Below, piece after piece: positions 38,122 to 48,866 of a DNA stretch of 64,000 bases. The position numbers and the translations under genes are program-made. Positions within the stretch are counted from its first letter, which is position 1; every line of letters starts with the position of its first letter. The stretch comes from Moniliella sp. 'wahieum' (lineage: Eukaryota). The notes under the pieces were generated by a model. That model searched no databases. It saw only the letters and a program-made list of their open reading frames with translations, and had not been told where the DNA came from. Location of the stretch: the NCBI GenBank assembly GCA_003971905.1, contig RSEE01000114.1, positions 124,001 to 188,000 of the forward strand. The letters run 5' to 3'.

Positions 38122-41100
38122 TCCTAGTCCCAATCCCATCCAGCCCTCCAGTCCGATCCAACATCCAACATCATCCAATTTGATCCAACACGATCCGTAA
38201 TTCGTACCGATCGATCGAGGTGGGGGTCCATGCGAGGCGTTGGACTCACATGCCGTCTTCCCGTCTCGTTGGATTCTGGTCTCTCTTTCCCTCATCGTCA
38301 TGCGTCGTGCGTCGTGCCTCGTGCCTCGTGCGTCATGCCTCGTCCCACCGTACCGCACCCCAGGGTAGGGCCTCCCTCTGCAGGGCAACGTATGGTCATT
38401 AGTGCATCGGCCACACCTTTCTCCCTCCTCTCCCCTCTCTCTCCTCCACTCCCCGCACCTAGTCTCCCCTCTCCCTCCCTCCTTCGGATACGGCTGTACC
38501 GCTCGAAATCTCATCGCTCAGCGCTCAGCGCTCATTGCTCATCTCTCATCTCTCATCTCTCTCATCGATCATCTTATCGCTATGACGAGTCCCTTCTAAT
38601 TCCTCTGGATGGAGAGGCGTTCTGTTGTCGCCATGCCTTCAAAGAAAAACGCACCTTGAAGCCCTTCTGGGTTAGCTGTAAGTTCACAGTAGAATGTTTA
38701 GTTGAACCACTGAACCGCAGTCAAGTACGGGACTCAGGGCTAGAGCATGGTCAGCGTTGATGAACGATTAACGTTTAACGATGAACTTCAACTGCGAGAT
38801 CAGTGGGACCAGAGATGAGCCATGCTCATGCTCATGCTCATCTTGTGTAACTTAGCCGCTGTGGCCAGAAAAGCATGAAATCCCGCGGTGGGTTCCTTAT
38901 TAGTAGTTGCAACGGGGGGTTGCATTGTCAAGCCACACGACCAGACACCCCTTTTGGCCTCTCTGCCAGGCCCTGATCACAGTGTGGTGGCGGGCACTGT
39001 TCCCAATATGGCAGTGCGGTTCTTTTCCCATTCCCGGTACAAAGCCCGTCTCGCCCACGCACACCCAACAGAAGGCGTCCCAACACCACACCACAACGTT
39101 TCGCTGGTGATCTTTTGGCCGGCGCGACCGAAAGAGCAACGATGGCGGTTAATTCGGCTTCAGCATCCCACCTCTATACTCCCTTGCTGATGCCCCGTTC
39201 GAACGATCGCGATATACCGCAACTACGCAGCTGATGCCCTCTCCACCCTTGTGTTATAAGCAAGAAGACATCCCAACTCTTTTCCTGTAAGTTGATGCGA
39301 CTTCAAGACGCGCAACTAGTGGAATTTGAGCAGGTTGAGGGGAAAGTAGCGGCAGCGTGGATGGGGTCGACCTGTTCCAAAACGAGGGACCGGTGCCGTT
39401 CTAGAAAAACGCACCACACGCCAGGCGTTCTTCTAAGGTGTTGCTTTTACTTTTAGAAACTATAGCCTGTATACTCAGAGGGGGTAGGTGGACTTTCCCC
39501 CCACCTCTCCCTCGCCAATTGATACAGTAGATGCAACGCCTTCCTCTTAGTCCCCCCTCTGCTCTCCGCTTTCTCTCTGCTCTCAGCGTTCCACCTGTCA
39601 GCTCCAGATTGTTAGCCACTCATAGTGTTGTTCCGGCTTCCCAAATCGAATTGGTAGAGCATTCCGTCCAAACGCTCTTAGTCTCAGCTTAGTCCAAGTT
39701 TTGGGCTGCGTTTTGTCCCTCGCCGTTTTGCCAAAGTTGGGACAGCTTCAGACATGTTACTACTGCCCACAGGTCGGTGCCACGTAGCCTCGCCATACTC
39801 TTTGTAGCCACCTCGACTACACGCCGATAGACTTCCCTTGTTCCTACTTAGCCCCGCTCGGATTCACCAAGAAGCCGAAGATCGCAGCGGGGTCCATATA
39901 GACGAGACTGACAGGGGGACTAGGAAGATCGACGGCAAAGGATACCTGGACGAAGGGATTCGGGAAGACCGAGAGGTGGTCGCTGAAGCAGATCTATGGG
40001 ACTGCTGGTGAACTATAGGGAGTAACGCGGGTGTTGTCTGGTGGGTCAAGGAGGGATTCGTCATGAGATGTTGTTACAAACGAAACCGTTAGGGGAAAAA
40101 CATAGAAGAAAGGTTATACAGACAAGAAGTTTAAGAAAGCAACATACAACGTTGAAAGATGAAGGAATAGAGACGAATAGCTCTCAAAAGGAGCACATAG
40201 GAAGTAGGGAAAGGATCCCTATGGACAAGAACAGTCTCAAACATGAAAAAGGCCCAGAGAAATGGGGGCTGGTTCTCCACCCTCAGCTGTTAGAGGGTAG
40301 TGCTACTAGGGTTCCCCTGCACGGCCCTCAGTGGATCGGTGACGCTCGCTTAGCCGGGCGGAAGAGTTCCACTCGCAGGCCGCGCACGCCCTGCTCGCTC
40401 CATCTCCCTCCTCTCTCTCCTGTCTCCTTCCCTTCAAACGTTGCTTGAAGACTTGTGGCTCACCACTTTGCCTTCAGGCCTTGTCTGACGGCTGCTTTGC
40501 AGCTGATCCATAGGATCGCGAGTGCTCCCAAGTCGCACTCTAGCATCAGCATGAACGTACAAGGCATGAGGGAGGATCTCACAACGGAAACGAGACACCT
40601 AATGGATCAGGAAACGGACATCCGATCCGGTATAGCTCAAATATATAGTAGTTGCTAGTTAGAGCTCACTTCTCGCGCCCTAGACAAAAGACCCAATATT
40701 TGGAGTAGATAAAATCAGTAGGGACTCCGACAAAGCTCACGCACGGATCTCCTCAGCCGTACGCAAGGGACTTGATCTTGATCACCCAGATCGAAGGAAG
40801 CATGCTCCGTTTGACTCAACGGAGTAGATGGAGGGTTGTTTAGGTGAGCCAGCCCGCTGGGACCCTTAACAATATCAATGTTGCCTCGATTGACTGAGCG
40901 CCCATTGAAGTGGTTCCTCCGTTGCCCCCGTTTGGCAGGCTTGCTATACGGGGGGAAATGATTAATGTCCACAGGAAAAGGATGTGGCTCGTCGAATGGG
41001 AATCAAACCCTTCCCTGTAGCCTATTGTCTGGCGAAGTCGCAATGTATACTTAGACGCTATGGAGTGTCAGCCTGTTATGATATAGGAGCAGGGGTAGTA

Positions 41101-41196
41101 GGAACATGATCGATTTAATATTGACACTATATTGGCATATACCAGCCTTCTACTGAAGAACTCAGCACATGCATCTGATCGATCCGATCTTTGCCT

Positions 41197-41251
41197 CTTG
41201 AAGCTTGAAGCTTGAAGCTTGAAGCTTGCTCTTGAGTCTTGAGTACTGAGT
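41197..41251. repeat. Compound heptamer array (CTTGAAG)x4 .. (CTTGAGT)x2 ACTGAGT
   Basis: Read directly. Confidence 0.95.
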
Positions 41252-41917
41252 GGATGTGCAGCTTAGGGACGTGGGCGTGCTGCCACATAGTACACTGGCC
41301 TACCGGGGAGTGCGGTCAGTGATGGAAGTGATCAGTAGATCAGTCGTCACTCTGGTGTGTCGGCGTTTGGACGGGGAACTACATCCTGCCAGGAGAGGCG
41401 CGGGGAAATGGGCTCATTTGGTGCTGACCCAGGCGGGGTGTGCCGCGGCAGCTGCGGGGACTAGCTCGCCGAGCGACGGACCGGGTGGGGGGCCAGACAG
41501 AGGCCGACGAGGGGTGAGTTAGCGTGGCCGGTGTAAAAAACAGACGGTAGCAAGGGGCGATCAGATCCAATGACGTAATCTCGGCGATTCGAGCGGCGGC
41601 GTGGCCACTGCATCTTAGTCCACCTGGCGGGTGACTGCGTGACTTGGCCAGTGACAGTCACGCGTGACTACCCGCCCCATTGAAAGTTGAAAGGAAGGGG
41701 CGCGCAATGCATCCCATGGAGCGCCGCAGACAGCCGCATGGGACACACCTGCACGCGCAGTTGAGGCGCTGCCACGGCAGCACCGCAGGCACTGCCGCAG
41801 TGTGTCCGCAGAGGCGCAGCGCCACTGTCTCGTGTTGGTTGCACCCTCTCAAGCGGCGCAGTGCCGCGATCGACATGCCGCCTGCCCTTCGTCTGGGCTG
41901 CCACCACCATCCCCCCC

Positions 41918-43172
41918 ATGGCCGCCGCTGCTGCTGACGCCGCTGCTCCACGCCGCCGCGTGCGTCTGTTTAGCGCCGAGGACGTCGCCTCCCATGCCAC
42001 CCTCGACGACTGCTGGGTCGTGCACGAGGGCCGTGTGTTTGATGTGACCCCCTTTGTCGAGGACCACCCAGGCGGCGATGACTTGCTGCTGCCGTACGCC
42101 GGCAAGGACCTGGCGGGCGCTATGGCCGACCCCGAGCTCCACTCCCACTCCGACTCGGCGTATGCTGTGCTCGACGAGTATTACATTGGCCGCCTTGCTT
42201 CTGCCGAGGATATGGCCAAGGCCAAGCAGCTCCAGGCTACCACCTTCGCCCAGATGGCCGCTGCTGGTGTCGACACTGACACGCTCAAGAAGTTTGGAGG
42301 TGTGGCGGGAGGCGACTTTAGTGGCAAGGACGAGGATATTGTTATCACCTCCGACTTTAGCCCCGACGACACCGACACTGCTCGCGACTTGGCCCAGCAC
42401 AAGTTCCTCGATCTGACCAAGCCTCTCATCCCCCAAATGTGGTTCTCCACCTTTGACAAGGCCTTTTACCTCGAGCAGGTCCACATCCCGCGGCACGTCA
42501 AGGGCTCTGCGCTTCTCTTTGGGCCGTGGTACTTGGAAATCTTTACCAAGACCCAGTGGTACGTGCCGGCGCTCGTCTGGCTGCCCATTGCTGCCACCTT
42601 GGCCGCCCGGTCCCTGTGCCAGTTCAGCTTGTTGCCTGTCCCATCCGCATTCAATGTTCCCGCCTGCTTGGCGACTTACTTCCACTCCCTCTCCTTGGTC
42701 ACGCCCGTGTCCTGGGTAAGCTTGGGCGTTGCCATTGCCAATGGCATGCTTATCTGGTCTCTGCTCGAGTACGGCTTGCACCGTTTCCTGTTCCACATTG
42801 ATGCCATTCTCCCCGACCGTCCCGTCTTCCTCCTGTTGCACTTCCTTCTGCATGGCGTGCACCATTACCTTCCCATGGACGGCCTTCGGCTCGTTATGCC
42901 TCCCGTGCTCTTCTTCCTCCTGCAAGCTCCGTTTACAAGGTTCGCACACTCGGTCCTACCCACCGCTTTTGCCAATGGCTTAATTGCCGGTGCCTTCTTC
43001 TCCTATGTCGGCTATGACACCACACTGGGCTCTGCATCATTCCCGTCTCCCTGCCTACCTAATGGAACTCAAGCGGTACCACCTTGAGCACCATTACAAG
43101 AACTACGAGCTCGGGTTTGGCGTCACGTCCAAGCTGTGGGACCTGGTGTTCAACACGCAATTCACTCCGTGA
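41918..43172 (+). CDS. SCS7: Sphingolipid fatty-acid 2-hydroxylase with N-terminal cytochrome b5
   Basis: HPGG and HS heme motifs; YLEQVHIPRH; EYGLHRFLFH; HFLLHGVHHYLPMD; YHLEHHYKNYELGFGVTS. Confidence 0.95.
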
Positions 43173-44160
43173 GAGGCGCCTCGTCCCAGAGTGCTTCCCT
43201 GGTCCGTCCATCGACAAACTGGACGGATGAAACGGGTGCTCTTTTTGTCCTGCTTGGTTTCTAAGATTCTGCTCTTGGTTGCTCATGCCACTATCGCACC
43301 AGGGACATGTGTTTGGTGGAGTGAGCCCTCCTTCTACTCCCGCCGCCGCGTCTGGAGGCAAAGGCGCGGTCGTATGCATTGCATCGATAATCATGCTTGG
43401 CTTGCTTGGGAAATTGCGGTTGCTATGGAATTGATTCAAGTTAGATGTCGCGTTGCTTCTGTCCGCCTGCGTATGCGACGGGTCTGTTCACCATTCAGGT
43501 TCACTAGACTGGGCCTGGTTTCGGGCATTGGCCATTTTGGGGGCAGGGGGAGTACTTACTGTCGAGGTCCAGGGGAGGAGAAGACAGCCGCCTCACCGGC
43601 TCATCATTGATGGATCAAATGTTGTTTGATGCTTTATCTGCGTTGCTCGGTACCCAACAAACCCCAACTTCTAGCTTTTAACCAGCCCCATAAGAGTCGT
43701 GCCCATATTCCTCAACATCCTATCCTTCCAGCGGCCGGATCGTCTTGGGCCATTTTGTCTAAAAAGCGGGACAGATCCAGAGAGCACAATGTGCGACCCT
43801 ACCTTCTCCTGTCCGTCTCAAAACATCCACAAACCTAAGGCCGTAGGCCTCAGGGATGCCTCAGGGAGTTCGATCACCACGAGCACACGATTCTGTTGAT
43901 CGATCAAATCTGCGACGGGCGACACAGGAAGCCAGGACGAGGATGGTTCTGCGAACGGCTACAGGCGCACAATGGGAGGGGGGAGGGTGCGGCTTCCTGA
44001 GGTGCCAAAGGGCTTTTTTTATGGAGGTAGGGCTGGCCAATCTCACAAGGATAACGACCGGGAATGGCCTCAAAGGACTGCAGTGCAAATAATACAACCA
44101 CCCTGCGGACGCAGAGGAGGGGGTGCCGTAGTTCCATCGCAACAACTGGAACGATCACAC

Positions 44161-44772
44161 TTAGAAGCCAGGCGGGCGCAATCCTTCTTGCGGTTGTTGC
44201 CCCGCCTGCAGGGCGGGAGCACCGGGAGCACCGGGAGCACCAGGTGCCGAGCCCATCAGCGCCGATGCACCTGACGACTGCCCGGCCATCTCACGCTCTT
44301 GCATCGCGAACCGCGCCTCGTCCTCCACGGCCAACGCAAACGGCAAACCAACAAGGAGGGCAGACGTCGTAAGCACCCAGGCGGCCCGGCCAGCGAGCGC
44401 TCCAAGCCCCCACGTAGTCGCCACCAGAGCGGCAGCAGTGTTGGACATGGCACTGCGGGCTGTGGAGCACAATATCCTTAAGCGCAGCCAGACGCTCTCC
44501 CAGCGTCTCTTCCAACACCTCGTCGTCCGACTCGGCAATGGAACTCTACGGGAGCGTGGCAGAGTGTCAGGTTGTCACGTTAGGTTAAAACGTTAACGTC
44601 CCAACCAAGTGGTGGTGGTGAGGGAGAGGGAGGGGGGGAGACAGGCCGGAGGGGAAAGGGCAGATTCCACACGTACCACATCGCTTCCCTCATCTTCCTC
44701 GTCTTCCCACTCGTCGGCGTCGGTGGAGGCGCGACGGAAGTGCTCATCGGTTGTCTCCTCGAGCTGGACCAT
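44161..44772 (-). CDS. TOM22: Mitochondrial import receptor Tom22
   Basis: MVQLEE with acidic N-terminus; ETLGERLAALKDIV; GRAAWVLTTSALLVGLPFALAVEDE. Intron at about 44547-44675. Confidence 0.9.
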
Positions 44773-46063
44773 GACGGGCAGGTGGTTGGAGGAGTGGGAA
44801 AGAATATATGGCTTCCTCCCCGCGCTCCCGACCGCGCCTTATTCCGCCCACCGCCCTTTTCCGCTTCTATCCGCAGGCCGAAAGGAGAGCCATTGATATT
44901 GAGCGTTGCGCCGCTTGGCCAAATGTGGTAAGCATCACGTAAGCTCCGTAGACACTGCCCTGCTTTATTTGAGCCAAAGGCACCTGGCGAGTGGAGCACA
45001 AAGTGTCCCTCTGAACGCCATCTTCCCTAACCGCTTCCTTCCTCTATCCACACCAGACTGCCTCTATACGTTCACTCGCATACAGAACCCTCCTGACGTT
45101 ATCCAGTTCCCTCGCCTTGAAGCTTCACCCAGGTTCCTCATCTGACTATCGCTCCCCTCTCCCTCCATTCCACTACTTCCGGACACTGTAAAAATTTAAT
45201 CCATTGGTTCATCTCGGAGGGCGTTGAACGTTGAACGTTGACGGCGGAGGAGAGCATGCGGCTTGAAGCCTCGCTGACTTGAACCTCATCGATCATCGAC
45301 CGAGAGGTGGCCGCGGGGAGTCCCCGTCCAGGGTGGACTCTCTGGTCCTATACCCGACATCGATGATCTCCGCAAGGGCCAACACACCTACAAACTGTGG
45401 AATGGCTTTGAGCAACTTGATTGATCTCGCTCAGGTTGAGCGCTATCATATAGCATGCACTAAGAGATCATGATCGGGGGTGCCTCGAGAAGGGTCCCGC
45501 CCCTGTAGTTTAAGAGTACAAACCCTTGATGGACGGCCTATACCGGAGCCACATACGGTTTATGCCCGGTGAGGGAAAATGTGTGAGGGAGAGACTCTCT
45601 AGTTTGAGTGGCTGCCTGTGTGCAAAACGCCCGCAGCTCAGACCCTCGGAGGAAGGTGCAGCGTACGTAGGTCATCAGACCCGTTGAAGTGGGCCAGATA
45701 CTCTGTGGGGTAACGGTTACTTAGTCGTTACCGCCCTCGACGCATTCTAGTACTTGGCGGAATCAGACGGAGTCTTAATGAAGAGCAAGCGCTACCGAGA
45801 GTAACTGCGGCTTGAAGTGAAAACCGTCGGACATGAGCCGCGTATATTCGCGAATATTCGCGAAGAACGTAATGGTGGAGGTGAAAGGGCAGAAAGAGGA
45901 ATGGAAAGCGCACAAGAAGGTGGTGCTTAATAGTGGGCTGGGGTTTAATACTAGCATTAACGTCAGGAAACGTGCACGGACCATTGATCGACCATTTCCA
46001 ATACCTGGATTAGGTAACCCCAATGTACTGACTCATCGGTACGCCCCCACCTCCTCGGATGCA

Positions 46064-46100
46064 CAAGATGGCGGCAAGATGGCGGCAAGATGGCGGCAAG
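46064..46100 (+). repeat. (CAAGATGGCGG)x3 11-mer array upstream of the F-box gene
   Basis: Perfect copies at 46064, 46075 and 46086. Confidence 0.95.
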
Positions 46101-46140
46101 CAAGAGACAACCACGCCACGCAACGTGCAAGCGACTGGAG

Positions 46141-48337
46141 ATGCCCATGACCCTCGCCGACCTGCCCGACTCGGTGCTGCTGCTGTGCGTGATTCCGTGG
46201 CTGGACACCCAGAGCTGTTGCGCGTGCGCGCCACCAACCACCGCTTCCGCCTCTTGGTTGACGACGAGAGCGTCTGGCGCCGCAAGACCATCACCGAGTT
46301 CAACTTCCCCCACGCCACCACTGCACGCGCTCATACCAGCAACTCGTGGCGCCGGCTCTACATTGGTCTCGCACGCAGCCAGGCCTTCCTGTGGGGTGCC
46401 AACAAGGAGTCATGGCGCCCCGAACCCGATTCCCGCCTTGCGTTTGCCAACCTCTATGGCGCCCAGGAACTTGCCCTTGTGAACCCTTCGCTCAGGCAGG
46501 GCATCCCCATCCCGCTTCGTCTCGACCTCAAGCACCCAGCAAGTGTGGGGGTCATTCCCTCTTCGTCGGAGGAACCTGAATATGGTACTCTTTCCTACCG
46601 CGATGCGGACGGGGACGAGCTCAAGCAGCTGGGCGTGCCCGTTGCTCTCACAGCAGGCGGCTTTGGATTCGCGGCCCTGACCAGCTCTGGTCGCCTTCTG
46701 GCATGGGGTAGGCTGAGTCTGACTGGCGCCCTGCTCACCCGTCCTGTTGTGTTGGATACTGGGACTGGTTTTGGTTTGTCCAAAGTCAGTGAGAAGCGGG
46801 TGCGCACGGTTGGAAGCGGCCGGGAATTTCTTGTGGCTCTCATGGAGGGGAAGATGGGCATGTTCTTCAATGGAGAAACTGGTCGGAGCCGTGTTGGTGC
46901 GGGACGCAGCGGGCGTACAATCGGTTGCTCATCTGGAGAAGCTTCTGAGTGACCGCTCCACCCATTTCACCGGGGATTGGATCAGGCTGGACCAAAATCA
47001 CCGGCCGAATTTTCTAGCAGATTCTTCAGCTCGAGGCCGGATGGGACTTTTCCGTTACGCTGGTCTCAGTCCAGGCTCGGGAATCAGGTTCGGCGCCAAG
47101 AGAGATTGAGCGCCAGTTGTGGTTTTGGTGCCCGTCATGGGATCCAGTGGATTGGAGTACGTGTTTTCGCCTTGTGTTTCCATGGTCACTATGTCTGACT
47201 CTATCTCTTCCTCCTCAGATGATGGCGAGGACGGGAGGACTGCATCGGCCGCCTTTGGTGCTTTCCAGCTTCCCCCGGTGCCCGACCTGGACGCCAACAT
47301 GGCCACCCCGCTCGGGACAGAAGCGAAGTAGTTGTCCAAGTTTCGGGAGGGGATGGGTTTGTGGTCGTGCTCACCTCCGCTGGGCGGCTGTTCCAACTGT
47401 GAGCGGCATCGCCTCTTCCCGTACTCCCGATTTTGGTCTTGAATGGTCGAGATTGGAGTTGTTTGATCGGATGGATTATGTCGCCGAAGCGCTCGCAACG
47501 TTTCCTGGTGTCCCTGAACGCGTGGGGGACATCTCCCGCTCTCGCATCACCCACATTTCCGCTCACTTTTCCAACTTTGCCGCGTATAGCGTGCCGGTCA
47601 CTCGCCCCAAGAAATTCAGCCCTTGGTCTCCACGAATCGCTTCTTCTAGGCGAGAAGGTTTCCGATAAGGAAGAGGTGCACAATGGGTTTGTTCTACTGG
47701 GAAAGGCCCAGGGCAACCACCTCATTCACCCTCTTTTAAGGTCATTCCCGAGCTACAGGGAAAGGGGGTGATTAAAGTTTCGTTCGGTGATTGGCACTGC
47801 GGCGCCTTGACCGATGCTGGCCAAGTTTATTCCTGGGGAGGGTGGCAGGATGGCGCGCTGGGTGTGTATGATTCCTTTGCCATTCAAGAAGAGAATGCCG
47901 TGTCGATTGAGGACCAGCTGCGTAGCATCCACGATCGGCCGGACCGGCGTGCTCTTGCGTCAGTTAACCAGCTTAGGTCCGCCTGGGCCACTTTCTACCT
48001 ACTCGTCAGCAGCATCTGCGGATGCGCGGTCCCCCGACGGGGTGGGCGTGGGGACGCGTAGTTTACCCTCGGCGGAACGGGACTCGTTGCTGCGGTTTCT
48101 GCTTCGCCGGTTGCAGCCGCGCACGATCCAATCCTCAGTGGAAGTTCCTACGCGCGTCTACTTTGATGATGATCTGGACCGTAGCACCTCCTTACCCCTC
48201 CCCCCCACGAAGCCGGGTAGCTTTGCGTTCGACATCGCTATGGCGGTTGGCACTCTGGCGCCCTGGTCCTAGACCCGCCGTATGAAAAACTTCACTCCCC
48301 TGTCCAAGTGAACGAGGCGGAGACAGTGGTGCGTTGA
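46141..48337 (+). CDS. F-box + RCC1/BLIP-II repeat protein (Saf1/Pof9-like)
   Basis: F-box LADLPDSVLL..DESVWRRK..FNF; SWRRLYIGL..FLWG; ITHISAHF; VIKVSFGDWHCGALTDAGQVYSWG; FAFDIA..GWHSGALV. Confidence 0.8.
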
Positions 48338-48446
48338 GCCATGATGTCTTCTCCCCGCTTCGTTCTCCCTCCTCCCTAACACCTTTCTCACTTTTTCTCT
48401 TCCTACAGTCTCCTGCCTTTCCCACCTCGGAGATCTTGCCCCTACG

Positions 48447-48866
48447 ATGGACACTCCGATCGATACTCTTTTATCTCCGTCTGAATCGTGCCTTTCTTCC
48501 TCCCTTCCCTCCCGTTCCGAGGTGTCATCTCCCTCATCAGCAACGACTTCAACGGCCCCTGTGCGCGCGATTTTCGACCAGAGCCCCACGTCTCCACCCA
48601 CCCTGACGCTCGAAGAGATGGAGCGGGTGGGCAACCGAGTATTTTGGGGCAGCATCGTGGCCGGAGCTGTGCTTGTTTTTGGTCTATTGGGCGGATGGGG
48701 CGCGTTGATGCGCCGGATGGGGCTTCCTGCTGCATTGCCGGCTGACGACAGCACCGAGAGTCCTGTATGGCTCACTTTACCTTACTTTGTCCCTGTCGCG
48801 ATTCCTTTGGCATTGTACCTCGTTATTGCCAGGTGGACAGGCGAACAGTTCTTTCTCCATGCTTAA
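48447..48866 (+). CDS. PIG-Y/Eri1-like GPI-GlcNAc transferase subunit
   Basis: Small protein with two hydrophobic helices, ending YFVPVAIPLALYLVIARWTGEQFFLHA, like PIG-Y family C-termini. Confidence 0.65.
   Translation: MDTPIDTLLSPSESCLSSSLPSRSEVSSPSSATTSTAPVRAIFDQSPTSPPTLTLEEMERVGNRVFWGSIVAGAVLVFGLLGGWGALMRRMGLPAALPADDSTESPVWLTLPYFVPVAIPLALYLVIARWTGEQFFLHA

Noticed and set aside
41849..42949. Long antisense or alternative-frame ORFs (e.g. 41849-42949, 19471-20511, 27307-28437, 3483-4238)
   Set aside because: Shadows of real GC-rich genes; no domains recognised.
45024..45032. Telomerase RNA template (CCCTAACC)
   Set aside because: An 8-nt match is expected by chance; no pseudoknot or CR4/5 element recognised.
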